Source of the DNA: Candidatus Omnitrophota bacterium
GTDB lineage: Bacteria > Omnitrophota > Gorgyraeia > Zapsychrales > Fredricksoniimonadaceae
DNA: 64,000 bases
Direction: 5' to 3'
Assembly (NCBI GenBank): GCA_903901225.1
Contig: CAIUQE010000037.1
Span: forward strand, 106,580 to 170,579
The notes under the pieces: model-generated
What the model was told of the DNA's origin: nothing
The model's database searches: none
Seen by the model: only the letters and a program-made list of their open reading frames with translations
Shown here: positions 10,124 to 20,253 of the stretch, in pieces
Layout: the number at the start of each line of letters is the position of its first letter
How positions within the stretch are numbered: position 1 is the first letter of the stretch
Made by a program: the position numbers and the translations under genes

Positions 10124-11401
10124 TCATTTGAGGAAAGCCGGTATATGGGCACCCTTCACAAGGTCCCTGAATGTCTCTCTTGCCTGCACAACGGCCCACC
10201 GGTCGCCCTTGACCATCACTTCCGAAGCCCGGGGACGGACATTATAATTGCTGGCCATCGAATAGCCATAGGCGCCCGCGGACAGCAAGGCCAGGCATTT
10301 CCCGTCGGCAATATCAGGAAGTTTGCGGTCATGGGCAAAAACATCCCCGCTTTCACAAATAGGGCCGACCACATCACAAACGATCTTACGGGCCGCGGAA
10401 CGTTCAAGCGGGATGATCTCATGATGCGCCCCGTACATAGAGGGGCGCACAAGGTCATTCATCCCCCCGTCGACGATCATGAATTTCTTGACACCATTAT
10501 CTTTGGTGTAAAGTTTTCGCGTCACGAATATCCCGGCATTGCCAACGATAAAACGGCCCGGCTCCATGATAAGGCGCAACGCGCGGCCCTTGAGCAGCGG
10601 GAGCACCCTGTTCGCGAATTCCTTGGCCGTCTGGGGTTTTTCATCGCTGTAAATGATGCCCAGTCCGCCGCCGATATCAAAATACGTGACGCGCACGCCT
10701 TCACGGGCCAGGCCGTCAATGAAAGCCAGGGCCCTGCGTATCGCTTTCAAAAAAGGCGCCCCCTCGGTGATCTGGGACCCGATATGGATATGGACGCCAT
10801 TGATCAAAAGGTGCTTATATTTCTTCTGGCCAAGGAATATGCCCCTCGCCGTCGACAAGTCAATGCCGAATTTCTTCTTGAGGCTTCCCGTATTGATCTT
10901 GTCATGCGTGGGCGCTTGCACATCGGGATTGATCCGCAATGCCACCTGGACGGTCTTTTTCATACTGCCGGCGATGCGTTCGATGTTCTCTAGTTCCGGG
11001 CTTGATTCAACATTAAAAAGCAGTATCCCGGCTTTGATGGCATCCGCGATCTCAGCGTCGGTCTTGCCCACCGAAGCATAAACGATCTTCCTGACATCCG
11101 CCCCGACCAGCCGGGCCTTGCGCAATTCCCCGCCGGAAACAATATCGAAACCAGCCCCCGCGCTCACCAGGGCCTTGAGGACCGCCAGATTGCTGTTCGC
11201 CTTCATGGCAAAGCAAATGAGCGGATCGACCTCGTCGAAAGCGGCCTTGATCTTGTTAAAATGATCAACCAGTGTCTTATGGCTGTAGATATATGCCGGT
11301 GTGCCTGTGGTCTTGACGATGGAGGACACCTTCACGCCTTCGCAAAACAGTTCCCCGGCTTTGTAATGAAAATCATGGATCGGGTGGGGTGATCTTGTCA
11401 T
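10124..11401 (-). CDS. lysA: Diaminopimelate decarboxylase
   Basis: ORF 10124..11419; PLP-fold decarboxylase motifs (FAMKAN, EPGRFIVGNAG, CESGD); likely start MTRSPHP with ATG at 11399-11401 forming an ATGA overlap with the argH stop. Confidence 0.92.
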   Translation of the reverse strand: MTRSPHPIHDFHYKAGELFCEGVKVSSIVKTTGTPAYIYSHKTLVDHFNKIKAAFDEVDPLICFAMKANSNLAVLKALVSAGAGFDIVSGGELRKARLVGADVRKIVYASVGKTDAEIADAIKAGILLFNVESSPELENIERIAGSMKKTVQVALRINPDVQAPTHDKINTGSLKKKFGIDLSTARGIFLGQKKYKHLLINGVHIHIGSQITEGAPFLKAIRRALAFIDGLAREGVRVTYFDIGGGLGIIYSDEKPQTAKEFANRVLPLLKGRALRLIMEPGRFIVGNAGIFVTRKLYTKDNGVKKFMIVDGGMNDLVRPSMYGAHHEIIPLERSAARKIVCDVVGPICESGDVFAHDRKLPDIADGKCLALLSAGAYGYSMASNYNVRPRASEVMVKGDRWAVVQARETFRDLVKGAHIPAFLK

Positions 11402-12774
11402 TTCAGGCGCTTTTTCCACTTGTTGATCTGGGCTTTCACCATGTCGGGATTCGTGGAACCGAGGGATCGCTTGATCCTGACGGACATCTCGGGAGTCAGG
11501 AGGTTCTTCACGTCTTCTTCGAAATGCATGGAATAACGCTTCAACTGGGCGACATTCATGTCGGAGATCTTACGCCCGTGGTCCAGGCATTCCCTGACCA
11601 TGGCCCCGATCGTGTCATGGGCGTCACGGTAAGAAACGCCTTTCTTGACAAGATAGTCGAGGATGTCGACCGAAAAGAAATACTCCCCGGTGATCTTCCC
11701 CTTAATGACATCCTTCTTGACCTTGATGCCGTCAAAGACCTGGGCCATGATCTCCAGCATGTCTTCCATCGTCTCAAGGGCGTCAAAAAGAGCCGGCTTA
11801 TCCATCTGCATATCCCGGTTATAGCTGAGTGGCAACCCTTTCATGAGGACCAGAAGTTCCATAAGGCGGCCCGGGAATTTGGACGCGGTGCCGCGCACAA
11901 GCTCCAGCACGTCGGGATTCTTCTTGTGCGGCATGATGGACGAGCCCGTGCACACCGTATCCGCCAGTGCAATAAAATCAAATTCGCTGGTGACCCACAG
12001 GATAAGGTCTTCACAGACCCGCGTCAGATGCATCCCCGTGATCGCGATGGCCGCCATGATCTCAATGATGAAATCCCGGTCCGCGACCGCGTCGATGCTA
12101 TTGGCCGCGGTGGTCAAAAATCCAAGCTTCTTTGTCACATAATCGCGATCCGTCGGCAATGACGTCCCGGAAAACGCGCAGGCGCCGAGCGTGTTGACAC
12201 TCGTGCGCGCGCGGGCATCCTCAAACCGGCCCTTGTCGCGTTCCAGCATCTCGACATACGCCAGCATCTGATGGGACATCAGGACGACCTGCGCCGATTG
12301 CAGATGCGTGTAACCCGGTATGATAACGTCCTGGTTCTTGTCAGCGAACGTGACCAGCGCGATCTGCACCCCCTCGATGAGGGCCAGGATATTTTCCAGG
12401 TGATCCAGGCAATAAAGCCGGACATCGGTCACCACCTGGTCATTGCGCGAACGTGCGGTGTGAAGCTTGTCCGCGGGCTGGCCGATCAGCTTCTTCAATT
12501 TTATCTGGATATCGGTGTGGACGTCCTCGGAGGCAGGATCGAACACATAAGTCCCGCCCTCAATGCTCTTGGTCAGGGCCTTAAGGCCCGCCACAAGGGC
12601 GCTCGCGTCTTTCCTGGGAATGATCCCCTGTTCACCAAGCATCTGGGCATGCGCTGTCCCGGCGATACAATCATACAAAGCAAGCTTGTGGTCATAGGAA
12701 ATACTGTATGTGAACTTCTGGGAAGATTTACTTAAACTTCCCGCAAAGCGTGAACCCCATAATCGTGTGGCCAT
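11398..12774 (-). CDS. argH: Argininosuccinate lyase
   Basis: Fumarate-lyase signature GSSIMPHKKNPD; true start MATRLWGSRF (cat at 12772-12774); the supplied 542-aa ORF carries an 84-codon N-terminal extension overlapping argG. Confidence 0.93.
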   Translation of the reverse strand: MATRLWGSRFAGSLSKSSQKFTYSISYDHKLALYDCIAGTAHAQMLGEQGIIPRKDASALVAGLKALTKSIEGGTYVFDPASEDVHTDIQIKLKKLIGQPADKLHTARSRNDQVVTDVRLYCLDHLENILALIEGVQIALVTFADKNQDVIIPGYTHLQSAQVVLMSHQMLAYVEMLERDKGRFEDARARTSVNTLGACAFSGTSLPTDRDYVTKKLGFLTTAANSIDAVADRDFIIEIMAAIAITGMHLTRVCEDLILWVTSEFDFIALADTVCTGSSIMPHKKNPDVLELVRGTASKFPGRLMELLVLMKGLPLSYNRDMQMDKPALFDALETMEDMLEIMAQVFDGIKVKKDVIKGKITGEYFFSVDILDYLVKKGVSYRDAHDTIGAMVRECLDHGRKISDMNVAQLKRYSMHFEEDVKNLLTPEMSVRIKRSLGSTNPDMVKAQINKWKKRLK

Positions 12775-12829
12775 ATCCGCCCCCTTCAAAGCATTTGAAC
12801 TATTACAGCCCTGATAAGGCCGTGGCGCT

Positions 12830-14005
12830 TCATGAAAAACGCTGGAACGGAACAGTCCAAAGCTTGATGAAACCTTCCGCCTGAGACTGGTCGAACTTGT
12901 CGCCCTTGCCGTAGGTCGCCATTTTCTCACTGTAACGGGAATATGGTGATTTGCGTCCAACGACCATGGCATGCCCCTTGTAAAGCTTGATCCGGACCGT
13001 GCCGGTGGTGTTCTTGTGGTACTCATTGAAGAACGCGTCCATCTGCGCCTTCAACGGCGTCCACCACAAGCCATTATACGTCAGCTCGGCGTATTTCTGT
13101 GACAATATCTCTTTGAAGCGAAGGCTGTCGCGGTCAAGGACCAGGCTTTCGATCTCGCGGATGGCAAGATGCAGCGCCGCGCCCGCCGGATTCTCATAAA
13201 GCTCGCGTGACTTGATGCCGACGAGCCGGTTCTCGATCATATCCACGCGCCCGATCCCGTGCGCCCCGACGATCTCGTTCAATTTCAACACCAGCGGCAA
13301 CGGCTTCAGCTTGACCCCATTGACAGCGACAGGAACACCTTTTAAAAATTCGATCTCGACGTACCCCGGCTTGTTGGGCGCTTTGCGGGGATCGACCGTC
13401 ATGGAGAACACATCATCCGGCGGCTCGACCATCGGATCTTCAAGAAGGCCGCTCTCAATGGCCTTGCCGTAAACATTGGTATCAATGCTGTAGGGGCTCT
13501 TTTTGGTTGCCGCGACGGGAACGCCCTTGGACTTCGCGTAATCAATCTCTTCATCGCGCGATTTGAATTCCCATACACGGACCGGAGCGAGGATCTCCAT
13601 CTTCGGCTCCATCAAGCGGTAGGTCACTTCAAAGCGGACCTGGTCATTGCCCTTGCCCGTACAGCCATGAACAAGCCCGTCCGCCTTTTCCTTGCGGGCG
13701 ACCTGGACCTGATGGTACGCGATGAGCGGGCGCGAAAGCGCGCAGGCAAGATTGTATTTGCCTTCATACAGAGCGCCGGCCTTCAACGCCGGTATGGCAT
13801 AATCCTCGATCAACTCCTGTTTCACATCAAGGCAATAGACCTTGGAAGCGCCAGACGCGACGGCCTTGGCCTTGACCTTCTCGAAATCATCCCCCTGGCC
13901 AACATCCGCGATGACCGCGATGATCGAATAACCGCGATCCTTGAGCCACGGAATAATGCATGATGTGTCAAGCCCGCCCGAATAAGCCAATACAACTTTC
14001 TTCAT
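12830..14005 (-). CDS. argG: Argininosuccinate synthase
   Basis: 391 aa; AYSGGLDTS ATP-binding motif and conserved ArgG core. Confidence 0.95.
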   Translation of the reverse strand: MKKVVLAYSGGLDTSCIIPWLKDRGYSIIAVIADVGQGDDFEKVKAKAVASGASKVYCLDVKQELIEDYAIPALKAGALYEGKYNLACALSRPLIAYHQVQVARKEKADGLVHGCTGKGNDQVRFEVTYRLMEPKMEILAPVRVWEFKSRDEEIDYAKSKGVPVAATKKSPYSIDTNVYGKAIESGLLEDPMVEPPDDVFSMTVDPRKAPNKPGYVEIEFLKGVPVAVNGVKLKPLPLVLKLNEIVGAHGIGRVDMIENRLVGIKSRELYENPAGAALHLAIREIESLVLDRDSLRFKEILSQKYAELTYNGLWWTPLKAQMDAFFNEYHKNTTGTVRIKLYKGHAMVVGRKSPYSRYSEKMATYGKGDKFDQSQAEGFIKLWTVPFQRFS

Positions 14006-14020
14006 TGCTATTCTCCCTTT

Positions 14021-14941
14021 TTATGCTGAATATAAAAAAACCATGACCGCCTTCTGCACATGAAGACGATTCTCTGCCTCGTCAAAAACGACCGAACGCG
14101 GCCCGTCGATCACTTCGGCTGAAACCTCCTGCCCCCGGTGCGCCGGAAGGCAATGCATGAAAATGCGGTCCTTGCCCGCCCGGGCAAAAAGTTTCGCGTC
14201 GATCTGATAACCTTTAAAATCCTTCAAACGCCGGGCCGTCTCATTTTCCTGGCCCATGCTCACCCACGTGTCCGTATAAACGACATGCGCCCCCTCGACC
14301 GCTTTCACAGGGTCGCGCGTCAAAGATATCTTCGCCCCTGTCGCTTTGGCGCAGTCGACCGCCTGCCTAAAACAACCGGCATCGGGCTCATACCCTTTGG
14401 GCGTCGCCACCGTCATATCCATGCCGGTTTTAGCCGCCGCCAGCATCAGTGAGTTTGTCATGTTGTTCCCGTCACCGATATAAGCCAGTTTGATGCCTTT
14501 CAACGTCCCGAATTTCTCCTGGACCGTCATCACATCTGCCAAAGCCTGGCAGGGATGCGAATGGTCGGAAAGCGCGTTCACGACAGGGATACGCGCGTAC
14601 CTCGCCAGGTCCAGAAGGTCCTGGTGCGCGAAAACACGGGCCACGATCCCCTTCACGTAACGGGAAAGGGTCTGGGCGATATCCGCCGTGGGCTCTCTCT
14701 TGCCAAGGCTGATATCATCAGGCGCAAGGTAGATGGATTTCCCGCCAAGCTGGAATATGCCGGCTTCGAACGAAACGCGCGTGCGATTGGACGGCTTCTG
14801 AAAGATCAGCGCCACCGATTCGCCTTTCAGCAGCGTCGCGTGCGACGAAGGCTTCTTCTTCAGTTTATGCGCCAGGTCAAGTATCCGCGCGATATCGTCG
14901 GAAGAATGGTCGGCGATCGAAATAAAATCACGTTTCTTCAT
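14021..14941 (-). CDS. argF: Ornithine carbamoyltransferase
   Basis: 306 aa; carbamoyl-phosphate motif STRTR (KPSNRTRVSFE) and ornithine-binding HCLP. Confidence 0.9.
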   Translation of the reverse strand: MKKRDFISIADHSSDDIARILDLAHKLKKKPSSHATLLKGESVALIFQKPSNRTRVSFEAGIFQLGGKSIYLAPDDISLGKREPTADIAQTLSRYVKGIVARVFAHQDLLDLARYARIPVVNALSDHSHPCQALADVMTVQEKFGTLKGIKLAYIGDGNNMTNSLMLAAAKTGMDMTVATPKGYEPDAGCFRQAVDCAKATGAKISLTRDPVKAVEGAHVVYTDTWVSMGQENETARRLKDFKGYQIDAKLFARAGKDRIFMHCLPAHRGQEVSAEVIDGPRSVVFDEAENRLHVQKAVMVFLYSA

Positions 14942-14949
14942 AACTATCC

Positions 14950-16155
14950 TTACCTTTTAACGGCATGCGTCAACGCCGCTTCCAGTATTCCCAGTGCCTT
15001 ATCGATCTCTTTGCGCCTGACGTTGAGCGCCGGCATGATCCTCAAAACATTGCCCTGCGTGCAATTGATGATAAGCCCGTTCGCGAAACATTCGTCGAAG
15101 ATCCCCTTCCCTTCGATCGACAGCTCAACCCCGATCATGAGGCCAAGCCCGCGGACATCCTTGATAAGGGAAAAGCGCCCCTGCATTTGCCTGAGACGCT
15201 CAAGCATATAAGCCCCCATGAGCCGGCAATTCTTGAGCATTTTATCCCTGTAGATCGCTTCAAACGTTCCTAACGCTGCTTTGGCGACCAGTGGATTCCC
15301 TCCAAATGTCGTGCCGTGCATCCCGGGTTGCAGCAAATGCGCGAACTTCCGGCAGGCCAGCATGGCGCCAATGGGCAGCCCGCCGCCGAGCGCTTTGGCC
15401 AGCGTCATGACATCCGGCTGGATACCGAAATGCTGATACGCGAACATTTCACCGGTGCGCCCCATACCCGTCTGGACCTCATCAAGGATGAGCAACAGCT
15501 TGCGCTCATCGCATAACTTCCGTACCGCCTTCATATAGTCGTGCGTCGCGACATTGATCCCGCCTTCACCCTGGACAGGTTCAAACATGACCGCGACAGT
15601 CCTGGGCGTGATGGCCACCCGCAAAGCTTCGATATCATTGAAAGGGACATGGACAAACCCCGGTACCAGCGGCGTGAAACCTTTTTGGTGTTTTATTTGT
15701 CCCGTCGCGGAAATAGCACCCATGGTGCGCCCGTGGAATGAATTGAACGCGGTCACGATCTCGAACCTTGACCCCTCAGCGCCGGGATGGGCCGCGCCGA
15801 AAAGCCGGGAGAATTTGATCGCGGCTTCATTGGCCTCCGCCCCGCTGTTGCAGAAGAAAACTTTGCCGTCAAAGGACTGGCGCACGATCTCTTTGGCCAG
15901 CCGGGCCTGATTGGCACCGAAGAAATTGTTCGGGATATGGATGAGCTTCCCGACCTGGTCGCGCACCGCGGCCATGACCTTGGGATGGCAATGACCGACA
16001 TTGGAAATGCCCCAGCCGGGAAAAAAATCAAGATACTTCTTCCCGTCGATATCCGTCAGGACGCTCCCCTTGCCTTTTACAAAAATAACAGGCAGGCGCG
16101 TGTACGTCGGGAACACGAACTGGTCATAACTGTCGAAAATATCTTTTTTTGTCAT
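14950..16155 (-). CDS. argD: Acetylornithine aminotransferase
   Basis: 401 aa; class-III aminotransferase, PLP-Lys region ILDEVQTGMGRTG ... TLAKALGGG. Confidence 0.9.
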   Translation of the reverse strand: MTKKDIFDSYDQFVFPTYTRLPVIFVKGKGSVLTDIDGKKYLDFFPGWGISNVGHCHPKVMAAVRDQVGKLIHIPNNFFGANQARLAKEIVRQSFDGKVFFCNSGAEANEAAIKFSRLFGAAHPGAEGSRFEIVTAFNSFHGRTMGAISATGQIKHQKGFTPLVPGFVHVPFNDIEALRVAITPRTVAVMFEPVQGEGGINVATHDYMKAVRKLCDERKLLLILDEVQTGMGRTGEMFAYQHFGIQPDVMTLAKALGGGLPIGAMLACRKFAHLLQPGMHGTTFGGNPLVAKAALGTFEAIYRDKMLKNCRLMGAYMLERLRQMQGRFSLIKDVRGLGLMIGVELSIEGKGIFDECFANGLIINCTQGNVLRIMPALNVRRKEIDKALGILEAALTHAVKR

Positions 16156-16163
16156 AAGTCCGG

Positions 16164-17018
16164 CTATTTCTGGACGATCTGGGTGCCGACACCCGTGTCT
16201 GTGAAGATCTCAAGCAGGAGCGCGTGATCAAGGCGCGCGTCGATGATATGGGCCTTGGGGATACCTCCCAGGACCGCTTCAATGCAGGAATCAACCTTCG
16301 GGATCATACCGCCGGCAATGATCCCTTCACCCTTAAGCCGTTTGACCTCATCAAGGGTCAATGTGGAATAGAGCGTAGACTTATCTTTCGGATCCCGCAT
16401 CACGCCGGGAACATTCGTCAACAGGACAAATTTCTCGGCGCACATTGACGCCGCGACCGCGCTCGCCACCTCGTCGGCATTGACATTGTGCGTCTGCTTG
16501 TCAAGGCTCATCCCCATCGGCGCGATGACCGTTATATGCCCCTGACGCAAATGCTTTTCGATGATGCGCCGCTCGATATTCGTGATCGTGCCGACGAAGC
16601 CAAGATCCCGTTCCGCCTGTTTCTTCTCAACGTAAACGATATTCTCATCGCCTTTGAGGCCGGTCACATCACCTTTGAGAGAACGCAATTCGGTCACGAT
16701 CTGCTCATTGATATCATCAAGCTCCTCGATCACGATCTTGAGCGTCTTTTCATCGGTCACACGGATACCATTGTGGAATTCAGGCTCAACGCCGATGGCC
16801 TTGAGGCGGTTGGAAATATGCGGGCCGCCGCCATGGATCAGGATGATGCGGATACCGACAAAACTCAGAAAGACAATGTCTTCCAGGACGCTGCGGCGGA
16901 TGGCATCATCATGCAGGACGCTGCCGCCATACTTGATGACGAAGACTTTCTTGCGGAACTGGTGGATGTAAGGAACGGCTTCGACGAGAACGCCGGCCTT
17001 TTTAATTATATTTTCCAT
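16164..17018 (-). CDS. argB: Acetylglutamate kinase
   Basis: Amino-acid kinase fold, VIKYGGSVL and IILIHGGGP; probable start MENIIKK (supplied ORF extends to 17093). Confidence 0.9.
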   Translation of the reverse strand: MENIIKKAGVLVEAVPYIHQFRKKVFVIKYGGSVLHDDAIRRSVLEDIVFLSFVGIRIILIHGGGPHISNRLKAIGVEPEFHNGIRVTDEKTLKIVIEELDDINEQIVTELRSLKGDVTGLKGDENIVYVEKKQAERDLGFVGTITNIERRIIEKHLRQGHITVIAPMGMSLDKQTHNVNADEVASAVAASMCAEKFVLLTNVPGVMRDPKDKSTLYSTLTLDEVKRLKGEGIIAGGMIPKVDSCIEAVLGGIPKAHIIDARLDHALLLEIFTDTGVGTQIVQK

Positions 17019-18141
17019 TGATATCAATGTATTTGTGAGTGAGATCGCACGTATAAACAATAGCCTGGGCATCGCCCTGCCCGAGGTCGGCATTGATGTA
17101 GATCGTATTGCGCTTGACGGAAAAATCGATCTTCAGGGATGTTTCCGTGACAGCCTTGAAACCGCACGCCCCGATAGCCGCCGCGACCCTGCCCCAATTG
17201 GGATTGTCCGTATAGTCCGCTGTCTTCACAAGGTTGGAATTAGCCACTTTCATGGCGGCATCTCTCGCCTGTTTAAAATCCTTCGCGCCGGTCACCTTGA
17301 TCTCGAAGAACTTTGACGCGCCCTCACCGTCAACGACAATATCCCGCGCGAGCTTGACGCATGCCGCTTTCAACGCTTCGACAAAAAGTTGATAGTCCTG
17401 GCCCGCGGCGCTGATCGTCCTGTTGCCGGCTAACCCGCTGGCCATCAGGGACACCATGTCATTCGTGCTCATGCAGCCGTCGACCGTAATGGCATTGAAC
17501 GAAACGTCCACAGCATCCTTGAGGGCCTTCTGGAGCATTGGCGTCGTGATCGCGCAATCCGTGGTGACGCACGCCAGCATGGTGGCCATGTTCGGCTCGA
17601 TCATGCCCGAACCTTTGGCGCACGCGCCGACCGTCACTGTCTTGCCGCCGATCTGGGTGGTGACCGCGATTTGTTTATCGATCGTGTCCGTGGTCATGAT
17701 CGCTCGCGCGAAACTCACGCCCCTTTTGGCGCTCAAGCCCTTGAACAAGGAAGGGATGGCCACGCGGATCTTCTCGTAAGGGAATGTGCGGCCGATGATC
17801 CCGGTCGACATCACAAAGACATGCGCCGCGTCAATGCCCATCTTTTCAGCAACAAGCTCCGTCATCCGCCGGGCGTACATAAAACCATATTCCCCCGTGA
17901 AACAATTGGCATTGCCGCTGTTGGCAAGAAGCGCCTGGATCTTGCCGGTCTTGAGGTTCTTCTGGCAAACGACAACAGGGGCCGCCTTCACGGAATTGAT
18001 CGTGAACACCGCGGCGGCATTGCACATCACGTCGGCGCAAATAAGGCCAAGGTCAGGCTTGCCGGATTTCTTAATGCCGGCCCAGAAACCGTTCGCCTTG
18101 AATCCCCTGGGAGAAGTGACCCCGCCCTTGATAAGTTTCAT
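17002..18141 (-). CDS. argJ: Bifunctional glutamate N-acetyltransferase/amino-acid acetyltransferase
   Basis: 379 aa; ArgJ autoproteolysis site ATMLACVTTD (Thr nucleophile) and conserved core. Confidence 0.9.
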   Translation of the reverse strand: MKLIKGGVTSPRGFKANGFWAGIKKSGKPDLGLICADVMCNAAAVFTINSVKAAPVVVCQKNLKTGKIQALLANSGNANCFTGEYGFMYARRMTELVAEKMGIDAAHVFVMSTGIIGRTFPYEKIRVAIPSLFKGLSAKRGVSFARAIMTTDTIDKQIAVTTQIGGKTVTVGACAKGSGMIEPNMATMLACVTTDCAITTPMLQKALKDAVDVSFNAITVDGCMSTNDMVSLMASGLAGNRTISAAGQDYQLFVEALKAACVKLARDIVVDGEGASKFFEIKVTGAKDFKQARDAAMKVANSNLVKTADYTDNPNWGRVAAAIGACGFKAVTETSLKIDFSVKRNTIYINADLGQGDAQAIVYTCDLTHKYIDINGKYN

Positions 18142-19157
18142 AATAGCCCTTCCGACTCGTTGAACCCGCTCATGATGTTCATGTTCTGGACCGCCTGCCC
18201 GCTGGCACCTTTGACAAGATTGTCAATGGCGGAAGTTATGACAAGTGTCTTTTTATTCTCACTGACCGCGAGGCCGATGTCACAAAAATTCGTCCGGACA
18301 ACATGCGCCAGTTCCGGCTGCCGCCCTGGCTCCAGGAGCCGTACGAATGGTTCTGTTTTATAGAACTTCTTGTAAAGCGCGTGCAACTGATCCGCGGATA
18401 TCCTGGCGTTCAGATGGACGTAAATGGTCTCCTGAATGCCTGAATCGACAGGCAAAAGATGCGGGACGAACGTAACGTCGAGCGGCCGTCCCGCCACCTT
18501 CGACACATAATATGATATTTCGGGCGTATGCTGGTGATCAAGGACCCTGTACGCCTTGAAATTCTCGTTCACAAAACAGAACATGAAGCCTTCCGCGACC
18601 TTACGCCCCGCGCCGGAAACACCGGACTTGGCATCAATGGCAATGGAGGCGATCTTTCCGCCATGGACCGCGGCGAGCGGCGCCAGCGCCAGGACCGCGG
18701 CCGTCGGATAACACCCCGGATTCGCGATAAGGCTGGCTTTCTTGATCGCGGGACGATGCAACTCGGGAAGCCCATACACCGCCTTGAGCAGATTCTTTGG
18801 GTCCTTGTGCTCCGCGTGATACCACTTTTTATAAACAGAAATATTTTTCAGGCGATAATCAGCGCTGAGGTCAATGACCTTCTTGCCCGCCTTAAGGAGC
18901 TTGCCGGCGATGGCCATGGATTCGGTATGCGGCATGGCCAGGAAAACAATGTCGCATTGCGCGATCGCAACAACCGGATCATACGCCTCGCAGACAAGGT
19001 TGGTCCGCCCCCGGAACTGGGGCCATATCGCATCAACCCGACCCGTGGTCGAACGCGCCGCGACATAAGTGACACGGACTTCCCTGTGATTCAAAAGGAT
19101 ATCCAGCAGCACTTTGCCTGAAAAACCACTTATCCCGACGATGCCAACGCGTATCAT
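18138..19157 (-). CDS. argC: N-acetyl-gamma-glutamyl-phosphate reductase
   Basis: 339 aa; GISGFSGKVLLDIL NAD(P) fold, catalytic Cys in ANPGCYPTA. Confidence 0.92.
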   Translation of the reverse strand: MIRVGIVGISGFSGKVLLDILLNHREVRVTYVAARSTTGRVDAIWPQFRGRTNLVCEAYDPVVAIAQCDIVFLAMPHTESMAIAGKLLKAGKKVIDLSADYRLKNISVYKKWYHAEHKDPKNLLKAVYGLPELHRPAIKKASLIANPGCYPTAAVLALAPLAAVHGGKIASIAIDAKSGVSGAGRKVAEGFMFCFVNENFKAYRVLDHQHTPEISYYVSKVAGRPLDVTFVPHLLPVDSGIQETIYVHLNARISADQLHALYKKFYKTEPFVRLLEPGRQPELAHVVRTNFCDIGLAVSENKKTLVITSAIDNLVKGASGQAVQNMNIMSGFNESEGLL

Positions 19158-19204
19158 ATGCGGATCATTCCCGTTTTTCCGTCTAAGAAAACAGATTTAA
19201 ATAA

Positions 19205-19255
19205 TAAATGAAAAAGCCTGCGCCGTCAATAAAACTTTTTGAAGACGCAGGCTTT
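19205..19255 (-). terminator. Rho-independent terminator after rpsI
   Basis: aaagcctgcg ... cgcaggcttt 10-bp stem followed on the minus strand by a T-rich run (tttcatttattattt); 40 nt past the rpsI stop. Confidence 0.6.
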
Positions 19256-19297
19256 GTAAGTTCTTGAAAAACAAAAATTTGTGTTAAAAAACAACCC

Positions 19298-19693
19298 TTA
19301 ACGTTTGACCCACTGGAACTTCCTGCGCGCGCCCTTCTGCCCAGGCTTTTTACGTTCCTTCATGCGCGAATCACGCCTTAAACAAAGATTCTTTTTAAGG
19401 ATCGCGCGCGTATTCTGGTCAAACAATGTCAACGCCCTTGATACGGCCATCCGAAGAGCGCCAGCCTGCCCTGTGAGGCCGCCACCCGTGGCATTGACAT
19501 CCATGTCAAACTTGTTAAGAAAATTCGTCAACTTGAACGGCGACAGGATGATGATACGGTCTGTCTCTCTCGGGAAATAATGTTCGAACGCACGGCCATT
19601 GACCGTGATCCTGCCAGCACCCGGCGTAATGATGACACGCGCCACGGATGTTTTACGGCGACCGGTAGCTGCATATTTGACGACTTCGACCAT
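19298..19693 (-). CDS. rpsI: 30S ribosomal protein S9
   Basis: 131 aa; YAATGRRKTSVARV ... C-terminal basic tail ending KR, typical uS9. Confidence 0.95.
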   Translation of the reverse strand: MVEVVKYAATGRRKTSVARVIITPGAGRITVNGRAFEHYFPRETDRIIILSPFKLTNFLNKFDMDVNATGGGLTGQAGALRMAVSRALTLFDQNTRAILKKNLCLRRDSRMKERKKPGQKGARRKFQWVKR

Positions 19694-19712
19694 TGTTCGT
19701 ACTCCTCTGGAA

Positions 19713-20156
19713 TTAAATGTCTAACGGAACAGGTTTCTGAGCCTTGTGCGGATGATCCGGGCCGGCATAAACGTAAAGATGCGTCCTGACGCGCTCGCCG
19801 AGTTTTCCCTTGGGGATCATGCGCCCGATGGCCAGTTCAAGGACCTTGTGCGGATACTTGATGATCATATCCGAGAACCTGACGCTCTTCAGCCCGGAAT
19901 GGAAACCCGAATAGCGGTCATAGAACTTGTCATTGGCCTTCTTGCCGGTAACACGGATCTTCTCCGCGTTGATGATGATGACGTTGTCACCCGTATCCAT
20001 AAAGGGTGTGAACGTCGGCTTGTGTTTGCCGCGCAGGATGGACGCCACCTTGGTGGCCAAACGCCCCAACACTTTCCCGTCGGCATTGACAAGGAAATAC
20101 TTCTTTTCGATCTCGTTCACTTTAGGTAATGTGGTTTTCTGTGCGGCCATCTTCAA
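19713..20156 (-). CDS. rplM: 50S ribosomal protein L13
   Basis: 147 aa; KKYFLVNADGKVLGRLATKVASILRGKHKP is the uL13 N-terminal signature. Confidence 0.95.
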   Translation of the reverse strand: MKMAAQKTTLPKVNEIEKKYFLVNADGKVLGRLATKVASILRGKHKPTFTPFMDTGDNVIIINAEKIRVTGKKANDKFYDRYSGFHSGLKSVRFSDMIIKYPHKVLELAIGRMIPKGKLGERVRTHLYVYAGPDHPHKAQKPVPLDI

Positions 20157-20253
20157 CTCTCTTGATATTTAACTAGTTCCAAATTATGAGCCAAAAGTAT
20201 ATCACTGAATCCGGACAAGTCAATAGAAAATATCGTCGGATCATATACGCCGG

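Noticed and set aside
12775-13026. 84-codon N-terminal extension of the argH ORF overlapping argG
   Set aside because: The extension has no ArgH homology and overlaps the C-terminus of a conserved argG. MATRLWGSRF at 12774 is the canonical ASL N-terminus. Similar spurious 5' extensions were trimmed for uvrA (3419-3508), argB, lysA, folB, hisJ (26926-27024), ispG (32038-32160), sufU (34461-34586), murB and the acyl-CoA dehydrogenase.
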